Origin: the human T2T-CHM13v2.0 reference genome, Homo sapiens
NCBI RefSeq assembly: GCF_009914755.1
Contig: NC_060930.1
Reading direction: 5' to 3' (one strand)
DNA length: 64,000 nt
Shown here: positions 16,945 to 28,632 of the stretch, piece by piece
Layout: each line of letters opens with the position of its first letter
Numbering within the stretch: position 1 is the stretch's first letter
Notes under the pieces: model-generated
Seen by the model: the letters and a program-made list of their open reading frames with translations, nothing else
What the model was told of the DNA's origin: nothing
The model's database searches: none
Translations under genes and position numbers: made by a program

Positions 16945-17097
16945 ACCATATAAGTTCTGGAGGCAGAACTTAGTCTACAGGTGTTTTATTTTATTTAAAT
17001 TTCTAGAAAATTATATAAATGAGTAAGCATTACTGGAACAGGGTTAAAAAGCAGCATAGAACATACAAGATTTGAGGAAGTTGGTTTCTAGTACATA
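16945..17097 (+). repeat. 153-bp dispersed direct duplicate, copy 1 (copy 2 at 19985-20137)
   Basis: Ungapped alignment, 16 mismatches in 153 bp (hand count), offset 3040 bp. Confidence 0.95.
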
Positions 17098-17899
17098 AAA
17101 CAGGGAACCTTCCAGCTATAACTGGAGAACTGATCTTCCATGAGTCTCTCTTACAAAATTTATGGTATTCCCATTGTTGGATCTATTTGAGACACTAAAA
17201 AATTTGCACTGATATTTACATTTGATTTTTTAAAAATCTTATCTGACTACTTTTAACTTTGATTTTGCATCTTGCCACTATAACTTCTTTTTTGTGTGTG
17301 TACATTTAACATTGTACTAGGCATTGTTTATAAAATGGCGAACAAAACCTGGTCTTTTTCCTAAAGGACTTTTTGTCTAATAGACAGAAGCAGCATAGAA
17401 TTTTAAAAAGCATAGGCTAAGAAAAATAAGTGTGGTTAGTCTATTACTGCCAGCCAATTATTGTTTGTCTTTCTCTCCTTGTCCATGGAGAGATAAATGT
17501 CCAATTGAGGACCTTTATGAATATAATATATTCGAAACTATCTGAAAATCTCACACAAATTATTCTGATCAACCACATTTCAGAAGTAAACTCATGCTTG
17601 AAAAGCTTACTTCAAGGTCTGACAATATAACCACTGCCCTGCCTAAACCCAGCGCCCCTTTAAATAAGTGCTATGTTGTAGATTCACTCAGCTAAGGAAG
17701 TGTATGTTCAATCAGTTTTGAAACATATGTACTTGAACCCACATTTTGGTGAAAGCTACTAATGGTTCAATTAAATAAGAAAAATCTTAATGGGCTGGTA
17801 TTAGAGAGTGGTGGGAAAGAGATGAGAGACTCTGTTACGAAAGTTTAAGAAACAGATTATTTCCTAAATTCACTGTAAAAGTTTAATATTAAGATGATG

Positions 17900-19062
17900 T
17901 CAAAGCAAAAATTAAACTGGTTAAAGTTAAACACTCAAGGAAGGCTTTATTCAAGACTATAGTAGTTCCTCCTTATTTGCAGTTTTGAGTTTTGTGGTTT
18001 CAGTTGCCTGGAGTCAACTGCAGCCTGAAAATATGAAATAAAAATTTTGTAAATTTTTAACTGTGGGCCATTCTGAGTAGTGTGATGCAATCTGATGCTA
18101 TCCAACTTTGCTCCACCTGAGATGTGAATCCTCCCTTTGTCCAGTGTATCCACACCCGTTAGTCACTTTGTAGCCATCTTGGTTATCATATCCACTGTTG
18201 TGGTATCACAATGCTGTGTTCAGGTAACACTTATTTTACTCAATAATGGCCCCAAGGCATAAAAGTAGTGATGCTGACAATTTGGATATGCCAAAGAGAA
18301 GCTGTAACATTCTTCCTTTATGGAAAAAGGTGAAAGTTGTCGACTTAATAAAGGAAAAAAATGTATGCTAAGGTTCTAAAAATCTATGGTAAGAATGAGT
18401 CTTCTATTTGTGAAACAGTGAAGAAGAAAAAAGAAGAAACTTAGGCTAGCTTTGCTGTCACACCTCACACTGCAAAAGTTATGGTCACAGTGCATGTCAA
18501 GTGCTTAGTTAAGATGAAAAAGGCATTAAATTTGTGGGTACAGGACATGAACAGAAGTGTGTTTGGATTGATGGAAATTGGGTTTGGTACTCTCTGTGAT
18601 TTCAAGCTTTCTTTGGGGGTCTTGGAACGTATCCCCTGTGGATAAGTGAGGACTTCCATATTGCAACAGGGGAGAGAGGTCAAAGCTCAACTTAATTCTA
18701 CTGAAACAAAGGCCCTCTTTATTTACTCATTGGCCTCACCCAAAGGGAAAGTAAACTTTCTAGTATTTTTGTAACAGGAGATAGGCTCCTCCCCTCTCAG
18801 ATACTGGGAGATAGAGGTACCGTCTTTCTAAATTAGGGCGTTTCAGAGTTTTGGCTCCCAGGTTCTTGAGAGACAGTCTTGGTTGTAAAAACTGGAAAAG
18901 GCTTTCAAGAAATTTGTATCTCAAAAAGGCGAGGAAGAATTTACAATTACAAGTTTTCAAAAGTAAATACTCTAACAAAAGGGAAGCCAGGGGCTGAGAT
19001 GCAGAAGGAAGCCTGTCTAAAATTTGGTTAAGCTGAGAAAAACATTAAGACCCTCTGGTTCA
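17900..19062 (-). mobile_element. ERV1 LTR (MER67-like), interrupted by MER44
   Basis: Reverse complement TCTTAATGTTTTTCTCAGCTTAACCAAATTTTAGACAGG...; host sequence TTTATTCAAGACTA|TTGCAACAGGGGAGAGAG resumes across the insert. Confidence 0.6.
17960..18658. mobile_element. MER44 (Tigger7-derived) DNA transposon
   Basis: Degenerate terminal inverted repeats (TIRs) TAGTAGTTCCTCCTTATTTGC and GTGGATAAGTGAGGACTTC; TA on both flanks. Confidence 0.8.
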
Positions 19063-19702
19063 GTGGGTAAAGATAGAGCAAAACTCTTAATAGCGAAAGA
19101 ATCTTTCTTTGATGGGATCCTATAATAAGATAGCCTCAAATCCTGTTATCAGAAATTTTGTGAAGTCAGAGATTTTGTAATTATGGTTTAGAATTTAATT
19201 CAGTCATCCTTAAAGAAATTTAAACTGCTAGAATCACACTATCTTGCCTCAGAATAACTTTTTCTCCTTACAACGATTTAATCTTTGAAAATATGAGTTA
19301 TGCAAAGGAGAACATTCAAAATAATTTTCATCTCAGTAAAAGAAATTCTAAAAAAGTATGCCCTGCTTAAAAAGCCTATGTGAAAATTGAATTTAAAATA
19401 ATACATTACTTTGTCATATTCCATAAAATTTCAAAAAGGATCTTTTGTATTATCCAATACTTTAACATGAAATTTAGTAAATAAAATACTGTATATATTA
19501 TGCAAATTAGATATCAAAATTGAGCTGTACAAGACCCTTTGCAAACATTTTCACAAAGGTGAGATACACCCACAGAAGTGATCCTTTTCCCTAGCTGGGC
19601 AATAAAATCAACATTTGCAACTCCTAAAAAATACAATTATAAGGCTGCCCTCAGAGATCTTCAGCATGAGAATCTCTAAAAGTGAGGTTTATTGTTTTTA
19701 AA

Positions 19703-19852
19703 AATGCTCTCAAAATATTGTCTGGTGACCAGCATCTCCTGGGAGCTTTTTAGATATGCAGAATCTTGGCTTTCCCATACCTACTGAATCGTAATTAGCA
19801 CTTTCACAAGAACTCAGGAGTTGATGTGCACAGGAAAGTCTGAGAAGTACTG
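19703..19852. mobile_element. MER5A
   Basis: CAGCATCTCCTGGGAGCTTTTTAGATATGCAGAATCT...AAAGTCTGAGAAGTACTG. Confidence 0.75.
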
Positions 19853-19984
19853 CTCTATAGGAAGCTTGCTGCACAACCAAGGTGAGATCTACTCACCAGT
19901 GAGGATAAACAAGCTTCCAGCGCTGTCAATGCAGCATCTCCACAGATGAGGTTCGTAAGTGTTGCTTTATTTTCTATTATAATT

Positions 19985-20137
19985 ACCATAAAAGTTCTCG
20001 AGGCAGAATTTAGTCTGTAGGTCTTTTATTTTATTTAAATTTCTAGAAAATTATAGAAATCAGTGAGCATTACTGGCACGGGGTTAGAAAGCAGCACAGA
20101 ACCTACAAGATTTGAGGAAGCTGGTTTCTAGTGCATA
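19985..20137 (+). repeat. 153-bp dispersed direct duplicate, copy 2
   Basis: Matches 16945-17097; followed by a short re-copied motif TCTAGTTCATA. Confidence 0.95.
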
Positions 20138-20844
20138 TGTCTAGTTCATATATAAGACACATCTTCTGTGAAAAATTTTAGCACAAGATTTTAGATGTAG
20201 ACTAAAACAAAAAGAAAATATTAAAAAGTGGAACATTCATATTAATATCTGATGCTTAATTAAAGCATTCAGGAAACTTAAATAGGTTTTATTTGGAGAG
20301 AGGGAGCTGAAGGGAGTGATTCACTGGATTGGGAGTTAGAGTTTCCAGTGATTCACGGACCAATTAACTTTGGCTTGGGGCAAGGTACCTTTTTTAATTT
20401 CTCCAGAAGCATGTGTGATAAGGACTATTATTGCTTCTCTTAACAGCAATATAAAAACAAATTAGGAAACCTTAAAGTGACTTCTGCTTCTCTGGGGAGA
20501 AAATCTTTATTAAATTAGTAGTAGGTTGAGATAATATTTATTCCACATTTTCCTTGGGCAAATGACAACACTGTTGTCATTAGTCTTTCTTACTGTTTCT
20601 GTGCATGTATTTGGCTGTGATGTGTGTGAATATCTCTGAAACAGTAATTTTAGAATGTAAAGTAAAAGAAAAGATAATATTTTACTCAGTAAAGATTGGT
20701 TATTTCAAAATTATCTTTATATGTATCTTTCCATGCATCCCAATTGAAATTGTTATGTCATTGGTCTGATTACATATTTACAACAAGTCAAAAGAAGCAG
20801 TTTTCAAAGAGAGTAACCAAAAAAATTAAAAAAATTCAAAGGAC

Positions 20845-22220
20845 TAAGACTTCCTTCTGGTTTCCATTCAGAGATGTAGGGAGCTGCAAAAAGTGAGGTC
20901 TCCAATCTTACAGTAAAAATAAGCAAAACACGCATCAGATTTATAATCTTTTTTTTGATCCACTTGAGGGCTGAGGTTGCATAGCAACCAGCTGGCCCCA
21001 AATCTAAGGAGAGACAGGCAGGGAGAGAAAAGACTGGAGCCCTGGATTTCTTGTGCAAGAAATAGTCAGACACCCACTGGCAGGAGTGGTTTAGCTTGAG
21101 TGATTGGTATATTGGTGTATGTGCTAGTGACAGGGGTGAAGCTTCTGAGAGTGGCATATTCTCTTCAAAGCATTTTGTCCACAAACTACCTGGTGGTCAC
21201 AGAAAGACTGAGAAAATTCTGAGAATGTCTGTCTCATAGTGCAGAACAGAGGGAGGGCACCAGGAGCTCCCAGTAGGGACAGGAGTGGAGAACACTGCTG
21301 AGATACTCATCCCCATCTCTCCTACCAAACAAAAGCCTTCATCTGTAGGGAAAAAGACAGCAAACACTGTTGTCATTAGGGCACTGATGAAAATCCATCG
21401 CAAGAGAGGTAAAAGAAGAGGAGAATAACTCTATCCCTGGGGAAAGGTCAGCAGAGATATGGTGTCTTCCTAAGACTGAGCCTTTATTTGAACAATGTAA
21501 AACACCTACCACCACCACCATTACCACTAGGCTAACAGGCTTAGAATAGAAAGGACCTTGCTAAAGAGAGAATATCTCTGAGATGCAATGCAAAGCTCTC
21601 AGCAGAATAAATACTGAGGAAAACCGAACAAACAAAAATATCTGGAAAACTAACCCCTTCTCTAAACAGATACTATTTATTTAGAGGAATTTGAAGGCTA
21701 TAATACATTAAGGGTAACATATAACAAAAAATCTCAAACCCAGGCCAACTCTTACTTAGAGTAATTCCCTCACTCAAGGCCCCACTAAAAGGAAGGAATG
21801 TCCATTTCCAGGTGTATAATGCTACTTGCCTCAGTCTTTACTATACTATATAAGAAGTCTAGCTTTCAAAAACAACTAAAAATTATGAAGCACATAAGAC
21901 AGGATAAAGCAACATACTCCAAGAGACAAGGTTACCATGACACAGATGTTGGGACTATATTCCAGGGAAGTTAAAATAACTATATTGAGTAGGTTAAAAG
22001 TTTAATAGAAAAGGTTGACAACATTCAAGATTAAATGTGTAATCTCAGCAGAGAAAGGGAAACCGTAAGGAAGAATTAAGTGGAAGTTCTAGAAATGAAT
22101 AACATTGTAATAGAAATGAAGAATGCCTTTGAAGACTCATCTATAGACTCAATTCAGCGAAAGAAAGAATTGCTGAGCATCAAGATAGGTTAAAAGAAAT
22201 TACCAAAACTGAAAAAAATA
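20845..22220 (+). mobile_element. Old L1M 5'UTR/ORF1 fragment
   Basis: Degenerate ORF1 coiled-coil-like DNA at ~21900-22220 (AGAAATGAAGAATGCCTTTGAAGACTCATC...AGACTC). Confidence 0.65.
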
Positions 22221-22340
22221 AGAATTCTGGTTTTGTACTTGTAACAATTTTTTTTATCTTTGTTACAAAGGTGGAAGTGAGTTGACATCAGCATTAGAAG
22301 CTAGTCCTTTGGAGAGAATCCATGACTGATGTTTGACCTT

Positions 22341-22714
22341 TTTAAAAATATTTTCAACTTTTATTTTAGATTCAAGGGACACAAGTTCAGGTTTGTTACT
22401 GGGTGTATTGTGTGATGCTGAGGTTTGGGGTATGATTGATCCTATCACCCAGGTACTGATCACAGCACCCAATAGTTAGTTTTCAACACTTGTCTCCTCC
22501 CTCCTCCCTCTGAGTAGTCCCCAGTGTCCATTGTTCCCATCTTTATGTCCAAAAGTACCCAGCGTTTACCTCCCACTTGTAAGTGAGAATATGTAGTATT
22601 TTGTTTTCTGTTTCTGCATTCATTTGCTTAGCATAATGGCTTCCAGCTATACCCATGTTCCTGCAAAGACATTCTTGCATTCTTTTTTATGGCTGTGTAG
22701 TAATCCATGGTGTA
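22341..22714 (-). mobile_element. L1PB 3' end
   Basis: Reverse complement TACACCATGGATTACTACACAGCC...CCCCAAACCTCAGCATCAC...TCTAAAATAAAAGTTGAA. Confidence 0.9.
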
Positions 22715-23011
22715 TTTTGTTTTATTTGATTTTGATCATGTTATATACCTAAGGGAGTGTTCATTTGTACTATATGACTTCTGGGATTTAAGATGCTGAT
22801 TTTAGTTTTGAAATTTTAAATATTTTGGCTCAGGATTTGAGGTCAGCACTCAAATCCTAAGTCAAGTCAGACTCCAAGAACTAAGGAGATTTTTACTTTT
22901 AAAGTTTCAACGTTTAGAAAAAGAGAGAATAGTGCTTCCAGAATTGACTAAAAACTCTAAATAATTTTAATTTAAAAGGAATTTCCAAGATGTCATAACC
23001 AATAGAGAAAG
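22715..23011 (-). repeat. Inverted duplicate of 13154-13440
   Basis: Direct comparison, roughly 80-85% identity by eye. Confidence 0.93.
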
Positions 23012-24084
23012 GCACAAGCTAGACACTCACTGATGAGAACATAGAATGGCAACAAGATAACAATTCAATATTAATGTTCTAAACCTGTGACTTGACCAGA
23101 TACTCATGTGTCATGTTTCTTGGCATTAGTTACCCTTGTTTGCCCTCAGCACACACCAAAGCACACAAATTTAAAACATAAAGCAGACACCTATGCTCTC
23201 TTAACTTCCCTTTCTTTCACACTTTCATCACTAATGGGCATTGCTCTTTTCTGCTCTCTGTCCACAGGGGTTAGGTTAGCCTCATGGCTTTCTATTTCCT
23301 TGTCTCTGAATCTTCCTCACCCCAATTGCTATGCTAAGTAATTCAGTTTTTCCCAGCTTCCACCTCCAAACTTACTTACCAAAGCTCGAGATAGTGCTCA
23401 GTAAACACGGGTCTGATGCTATCCGGAATTCTCTCATAGAATTCCGTGGAGATTGTAAATGAAATTTCCCCCCTGTTACACATGTAACATGAATGCCTGG
23501 CTATGATGGTGCATGCCTATGTGATGAGCTCCTTAAGAGGCAGAAATGTAAGAGTGCTGAGCTCAAGGGTTTTGGCCTGCAGTGTACTCAAACTAAATTT
23601 AGCAACATTATGCTATGGAGCCATAAAGAGAAGATTTCTATTTCTCATCAGCTGAGGAAAAAATGCTCAAAAAGATGCTTCAACTCAACCAGGGAAACCT
23701 TGATGCACTGTTTTTTAAAATCCACTTGATTAAAAATAATATTTTACTTTCAATTTTATATTTAAATTACTTTCACACGTTATACTGCTTATTTTAGGTA
23801 TGTATCTGCTACTAATTTATAATAGAATGGCAATATATTTGAATTATATATATTTGCTAATGTGTATTATAATTAATACTTTATAATATATTTATACTTT
23901 TCTGTATTTGATTTATATTATGTTTATATTATACATATAGATAATTGTATTTACTTATATATTTTTTGATTTATAACACATTTGTCTTAAGATCACATAT
24001 TTAGTTTTAGCTTTTTTGTGCGTGTATTGTGGGTACTTTTAAATCAAATACTGTTATTAATGCTGGCATTTTGATATTATGGAA

Positions 24085-24086
<2 letters not shown>

Positions 24087-24122
<36 letters not shown>
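24087..24122 (+). repeat. (AC)18 microsatellite
   Basis: Perfect dinucleotide run. Confidence 0.97.
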
Positions 24123-24126
<4 letters not shown>

Positions 24127-24983
24127 ACACAAATACCCTTGTCATTCTGTGCCAGTATCGCAATGCGATTCACCAGAGGGATGAACCTTCCAGGATGTAA
24201 ACAGAGCAGAACAAAATTCATATCCTGGTTAAAACAAAGATGTTTAGCAATGGCCAATGGGTAAAATAAAAAGAAATATTCCAGTCTTTTTTTATGCCTT
24301 CAGATGACTCTTTATGTTCATATAACGACAAGTTCAAAATTTCTTCAAATATTAAATAATTCCTACAAACTTAAAATATTATGCACTGCTATGTTTTATT
24401 CACCTTTTTGTAACTAAGGTACTATTCATTTACTAAGAGAACTTTGAAAAGATTGCAGTACAAATTGCACTTGTATATGTTGTCAGCAGGGATTATTGGG
24501 AGATATCTTTAAAGAAAACAGCTGTGTTTAGATAATAGCAGAAATATGAAGTGGTAACATTTAAGTCTGTCAGAATAATCTATTTAATTTGTCAGAAACA
24601 ATAAAACATAAACATTTATAATAAACAAAGGTTTGACTTTGATATGAGAAAGATAATACAATAAAACAAGGAAGTCCATAAATTGATTGAACTTAAGTTT
24701 GCTGACATTTTTATTTTATGTAAGCTAACAATGAACTCTAATACCCTAGAGTAGATTTATTTCACAACAGCATTATTGACTTCTATTCTATTCTTAATAT
24801 TAGTAAGGAACACCCTCATTTTACAAGGTACATTTCAAAGCAAAAAAACTAACATGTTATTCCTCAAAAATAAACATTTTTAAAGATGAAAAATTGAGAG
24901 TAGTCTTTGTAATTTGTCACTTTATGTTATAGTGTGTATTTCCAAAATTTAAGTTGACAAACATAATACAGACATAATGTAAC

Positions 24984-25411
24984 CATGTTTACCCTTAAAC
25001 AACATAAGTTTGAACTGCATGGATCCACTTATATGTGGACTTTTTTGCCACTGTCACCCTAAGAGAACAAGACCAACTTCTCCTCCTCCGCCTCCTTCTC
25101 CCTCAGCCTACTTAGAAGGAAGATTATAAAGATGAAGACCTTCATGATTCCCTTCTACACTTCCACTTAATGAATAGTAAATATATTTTCTCTTCCTTAT
25201 GATTTTCTTAACAATATTTTTTCTCTAGCTTGCTTTATTATAAGACTACATATATAATACATTTATAAAATTTGTGCTAATCGGTTATTTACATTATCAG
25301 TATGGCTTTCAGTTGACAGTAGCTATTAGTAATTAAGTTCTTGAGGAGTCAAATGTTATATGCAGATTTCCAACTGCTCAGAGATTGGTACCCCTTACTG
25401 TGTGTTGTCAA
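24984..25411. mobile_element. Tigger2a/MER28-like DNA transposon
   Basis: ACCCTTAAACAACATAAGTTTGAACTGCATGGATCCACTTATATGTGGA start; CCTCCTTCTCCCTCAGCCTAC; degenerate right TIR. Confidence 0.8.
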
Positions 25412-26439
25412 CATTAGTTTAGGAAATAATTACATGATTGATTGAATAATTAAAAAATAAAGGAAATAGTAATAACAAACAATAACAGTAATGCCTGACC
25501 TTCATTGAATGCTTATTTGTTGGTGCAGTGCTATGCATTTGCCATGGATCATGTCAATTAATTGCCACAACCCTACAAGACTATTATTATCACCATATTA
25601 TAGATTAAGAAAATGAGACAGAGAGACACAGAAACATTTAAAAGATTTAAAAATCCTTCATGGTTTTAACAGCTTACCATAACTGCGAATAACTGAGTCA
25701 AAATGAATATGACATTTTTCAATCATACTTAATAAAAAATAGCCCAGAACTCGAATCAATTTATGAAGTTTTGAATATAAACCATGATATGAGTATAACA
25801 AAAAAACAAAGGCAAGGAAAAAAGGAATAAAACATTCATTTTGGTAAGATGTGTTGCCTCAACTGATCAAAGAGTCTAAGCCACCCTGTCTACTTTATAT
25901 TGCTATTCTCAGTATCATTCTTTTGATATAGTTTTGCACACAGGTTGAGAGCCAAGGACCTGAAGATTATTGCTCAAATCCTTACAACTCCATGACCAGA
26001 GCAGGGATCATCATCCATGTAACGTCATTTGGAATGTGGGTGGAGGAGTTGGGAGGAGTGCTCTTTACACTGAGAATTTTTTTTCGGGGGAATTTTTATT
26101 TCTTCAGAGAGTTTACTTCCATTTCTTACCTAGATAGCAGCCACACTGATAGTGTTCTGATTTCTGGGCAGAGAAGAAAGTGAGGATCTATTTTTTCTCT
26201 ATGAAGTCTTGTAATTAATCTCCTGGTTTTCAGTCCCTTGCCTCATTATCTGGAGTGGGAGCATCAGGGAGAGATTCACGGAAGGGAATAATTGTTCCAC
26301 ATATAAACAGTATCTGATAAAGTATTAAAAATACACTCTAAACAGTACAAAAAGTCACTAAAATAGTACCCAGGCCTAAACGTTAGGGTTTGGTAATAAT
26401 TGATACAATACACTGATATCATACTTTTAATAACTATTG

Positions 26440-26813
26440 GTATTGGTCTGCTCAAACTGCTATCACAAAATACTGCAGGCTGGGTGACTTACACTGCAGG
26501 CATTTATTTTATCCAGTCTGGAAGCCTCGGAAGCTCAGGATCAAGGTGCCAGCACAGTGTCTGATGAGGGTTCCCATTGGGCTTTAGATGGCCACCTTCT
26601 TTCTGTGTGCTCATGTGGCCTCGCTGCAGTACCTGTGCATACAGAACAAGCTCTCTGGCATTTCCTCTTTTAAGGACACCAATCCTATTGACCAGGGCCT
26701 AACTCTTATGACCTCATTTAACCTTAATGACTTCCTTACTCCAAATACAGCCACATTGGGGGTCAGAGCTTTAATATATGAATTTTGGGGGACATATACG
26801 TTCAGTCTGTAAT
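26440..26813 (-). mobile_element. MLT1A-type MaLR LTR
   Basis: GCTATCACAAAATAC...GATCAAGGTGCCAGCA...ATGACCTCATTTAACCTTAAT...GAATTTTGGGGGACA. Confidence 0.8.
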
Positions 26814-26926
26814 ACTGTTAATCTATACAATTTATTCACATTTAACCTAATGACAAATCCAGGATAGTAAATTGCATGTAGTTGTCATGTCTCTTTAGTC
26901 TCCTCCAATCTGGAACAATTCCTTGG

Positions 26927-27750
26927 TGATATGGTTAAGCTTTGTGTCCCCATCCAAATCTCATCTTAAATTGTAATCCCCATAATCCCGACGTGTCAAG
27001 GGAGAGACCATGTGGAGGTAATTGAATCATGGGGGCGGCCTCCTGCATGCTGTTCTCACAATAGTGAGTGAATTCTCAGGAGATCTGTTGGTTTTATAAG
27101 GGGCTCTTTTCCCTTTGCTCAGCAGTTCTCCTTTCTGCCACCTTGTGAAGAAGGTGCCTTGCTTCCTCTTCACCTTCTGCCATGATTGTAAGTTTTCTGA
27201 GGCCTCCCCAGGCATGCTGAACTGAGACAATTAAACTGCTCCCTTTATAAATTACTCAGTCTCACCAGTCTCAGGCAATTCTTTTTTTTTTTTAATTTTG
27301 ATTTAATTTTATTTCAAGTTCCAGGATACATGTGCAGAACATGCAGGTTTGTTATATAGGCAAACACGTGCCATGGTGGTTTGCTGCACCTATCAACCCA
27401 TCACCTAGGTATTAAGCCCCACACGCATTAGCTATTTATCCTGATGCTCTCCCTCCCCCAGCACCCCTGACAACCCAGTGTGTGTTGTTCCCTTCCCTGT
27501 GCCCATGTGTTCTCATTGTTCAGCTCCCACTTATAAGTGAGAACATGTGGTATTTGGTTTTCTGTTCCTATTAGTTTGCTGAGGATAATGGCCTCCAGCT
27601 TCATCCATGTCCCTGCAAAGGACATGATCTCATCCCATTTTATGGCCATATAGTATATTCTGTGGTATATATGTACCATATTTTCTTTATCCAGTCTGTT
27701 ACTTACATTTTTGGCAATTATTTATAGCAATATGAAAATAGACTAATACA
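26927..27750 (+). mobile_element. THE1C/D solo LTR with a nested L1
   Basis: TGATATGG...CTAATACA ends; CTTGG TSD (26922-26926, 27751-27755). Confidence 0.92.
27285..27700 (-). mobile_element. L1PA10-13-like 3' end inserted in the THE1 LTR
   Basis: GGTATTAAGCCCCACACGCATTAGCTATT 3'UTR; TSD GGCAATT(C/A)TTT at 27274 and 27713. Confidence 0.88.
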
Positions 27751-28438
27751 CTTGGTCACACTTTGCCTTTCATAACCTTTTATGAAACTTGTGAAGAGTA
27801 TTGAAAAGTTATCTTTTAGAATGTCCATGTCCCAAATGTCTGATATTTTGCCATATTTACATTACAGTTATTAATTATCGGCATAAATACCACAAACTTA
27901 TTATTGTTCCCTTCTCAGAGCAACAAACCAGGGAGCTGATGATAACAGTACATCTCAGTACTGGTGAGGTCAACTTTGATCATTTGATTAAGGTGCTGTG
28001 TACCAGGTTTCTATACTATTATATTGTGGGGAGATAAACTGAGACTATGCAGAATGCCCTGTTTCTCCTTATGCTCTCATCCACTAGTCTCAGCATCTGT
28101 AAACTATTCTTGCCTATAACAATTATTTCTATGTTGATTGCTCAATGGTGATTTTCTATCACTCCTTCTAAGTACAAATTTTACTGTGAGGAAGAACTGT
28201 CCCTTCTTGATGTGTTTATTTATTCAACTGTTATTTATATCAGTCTGTAATCATGGGTAGTCATTCTATTTTATGGATCATAATGAATTACTCTCATTAT
28301 TGCCATTCAAATTATCCCAAATTTTGGTAACCAGGAGTCCCTTCAAGCTGATTCCGGTGCTCATCCAATTAATCCCCACAATTTTTAAAAGTAGACTTGA
28401 TTTTTTAAAACAGTCACATTTACAGAAAAAAATTAAGC

Positions 28439-28562
28439 TAGCTACTCAGGAGGCTGAGTGGGGAGAATGACTTAAGTCTGAGAGGTTGAGGCTATGATGA
28501 GCTGTGATAGCACTGCTATACTTTAGCCTGGGTGACAGAGTGAAACACTGTCTCAAAAATAA
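28439..28562 (+). mobile_element. 5'-truncated AluJ / right-monomer fragment
   Basis: AGCTACTCAGGAGGCTGAG...AGCCTGGGTGACAGAG...TCTCAAAAA; AAAATTAAG on both flanks. Confidence 0.8.
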
Positions 28563-28632
28563 CCCCCCCAAAATTAAGAAAACAGTACAGACAGTTCCCA
28601 CATACCCAACACTCAGTTTGCCTCATTATTAA

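Noticed and set aside
23720-24010. Extremely AT-rich tract
   Set aside because: Low-complexity sequence with no periodic unit or supportable function
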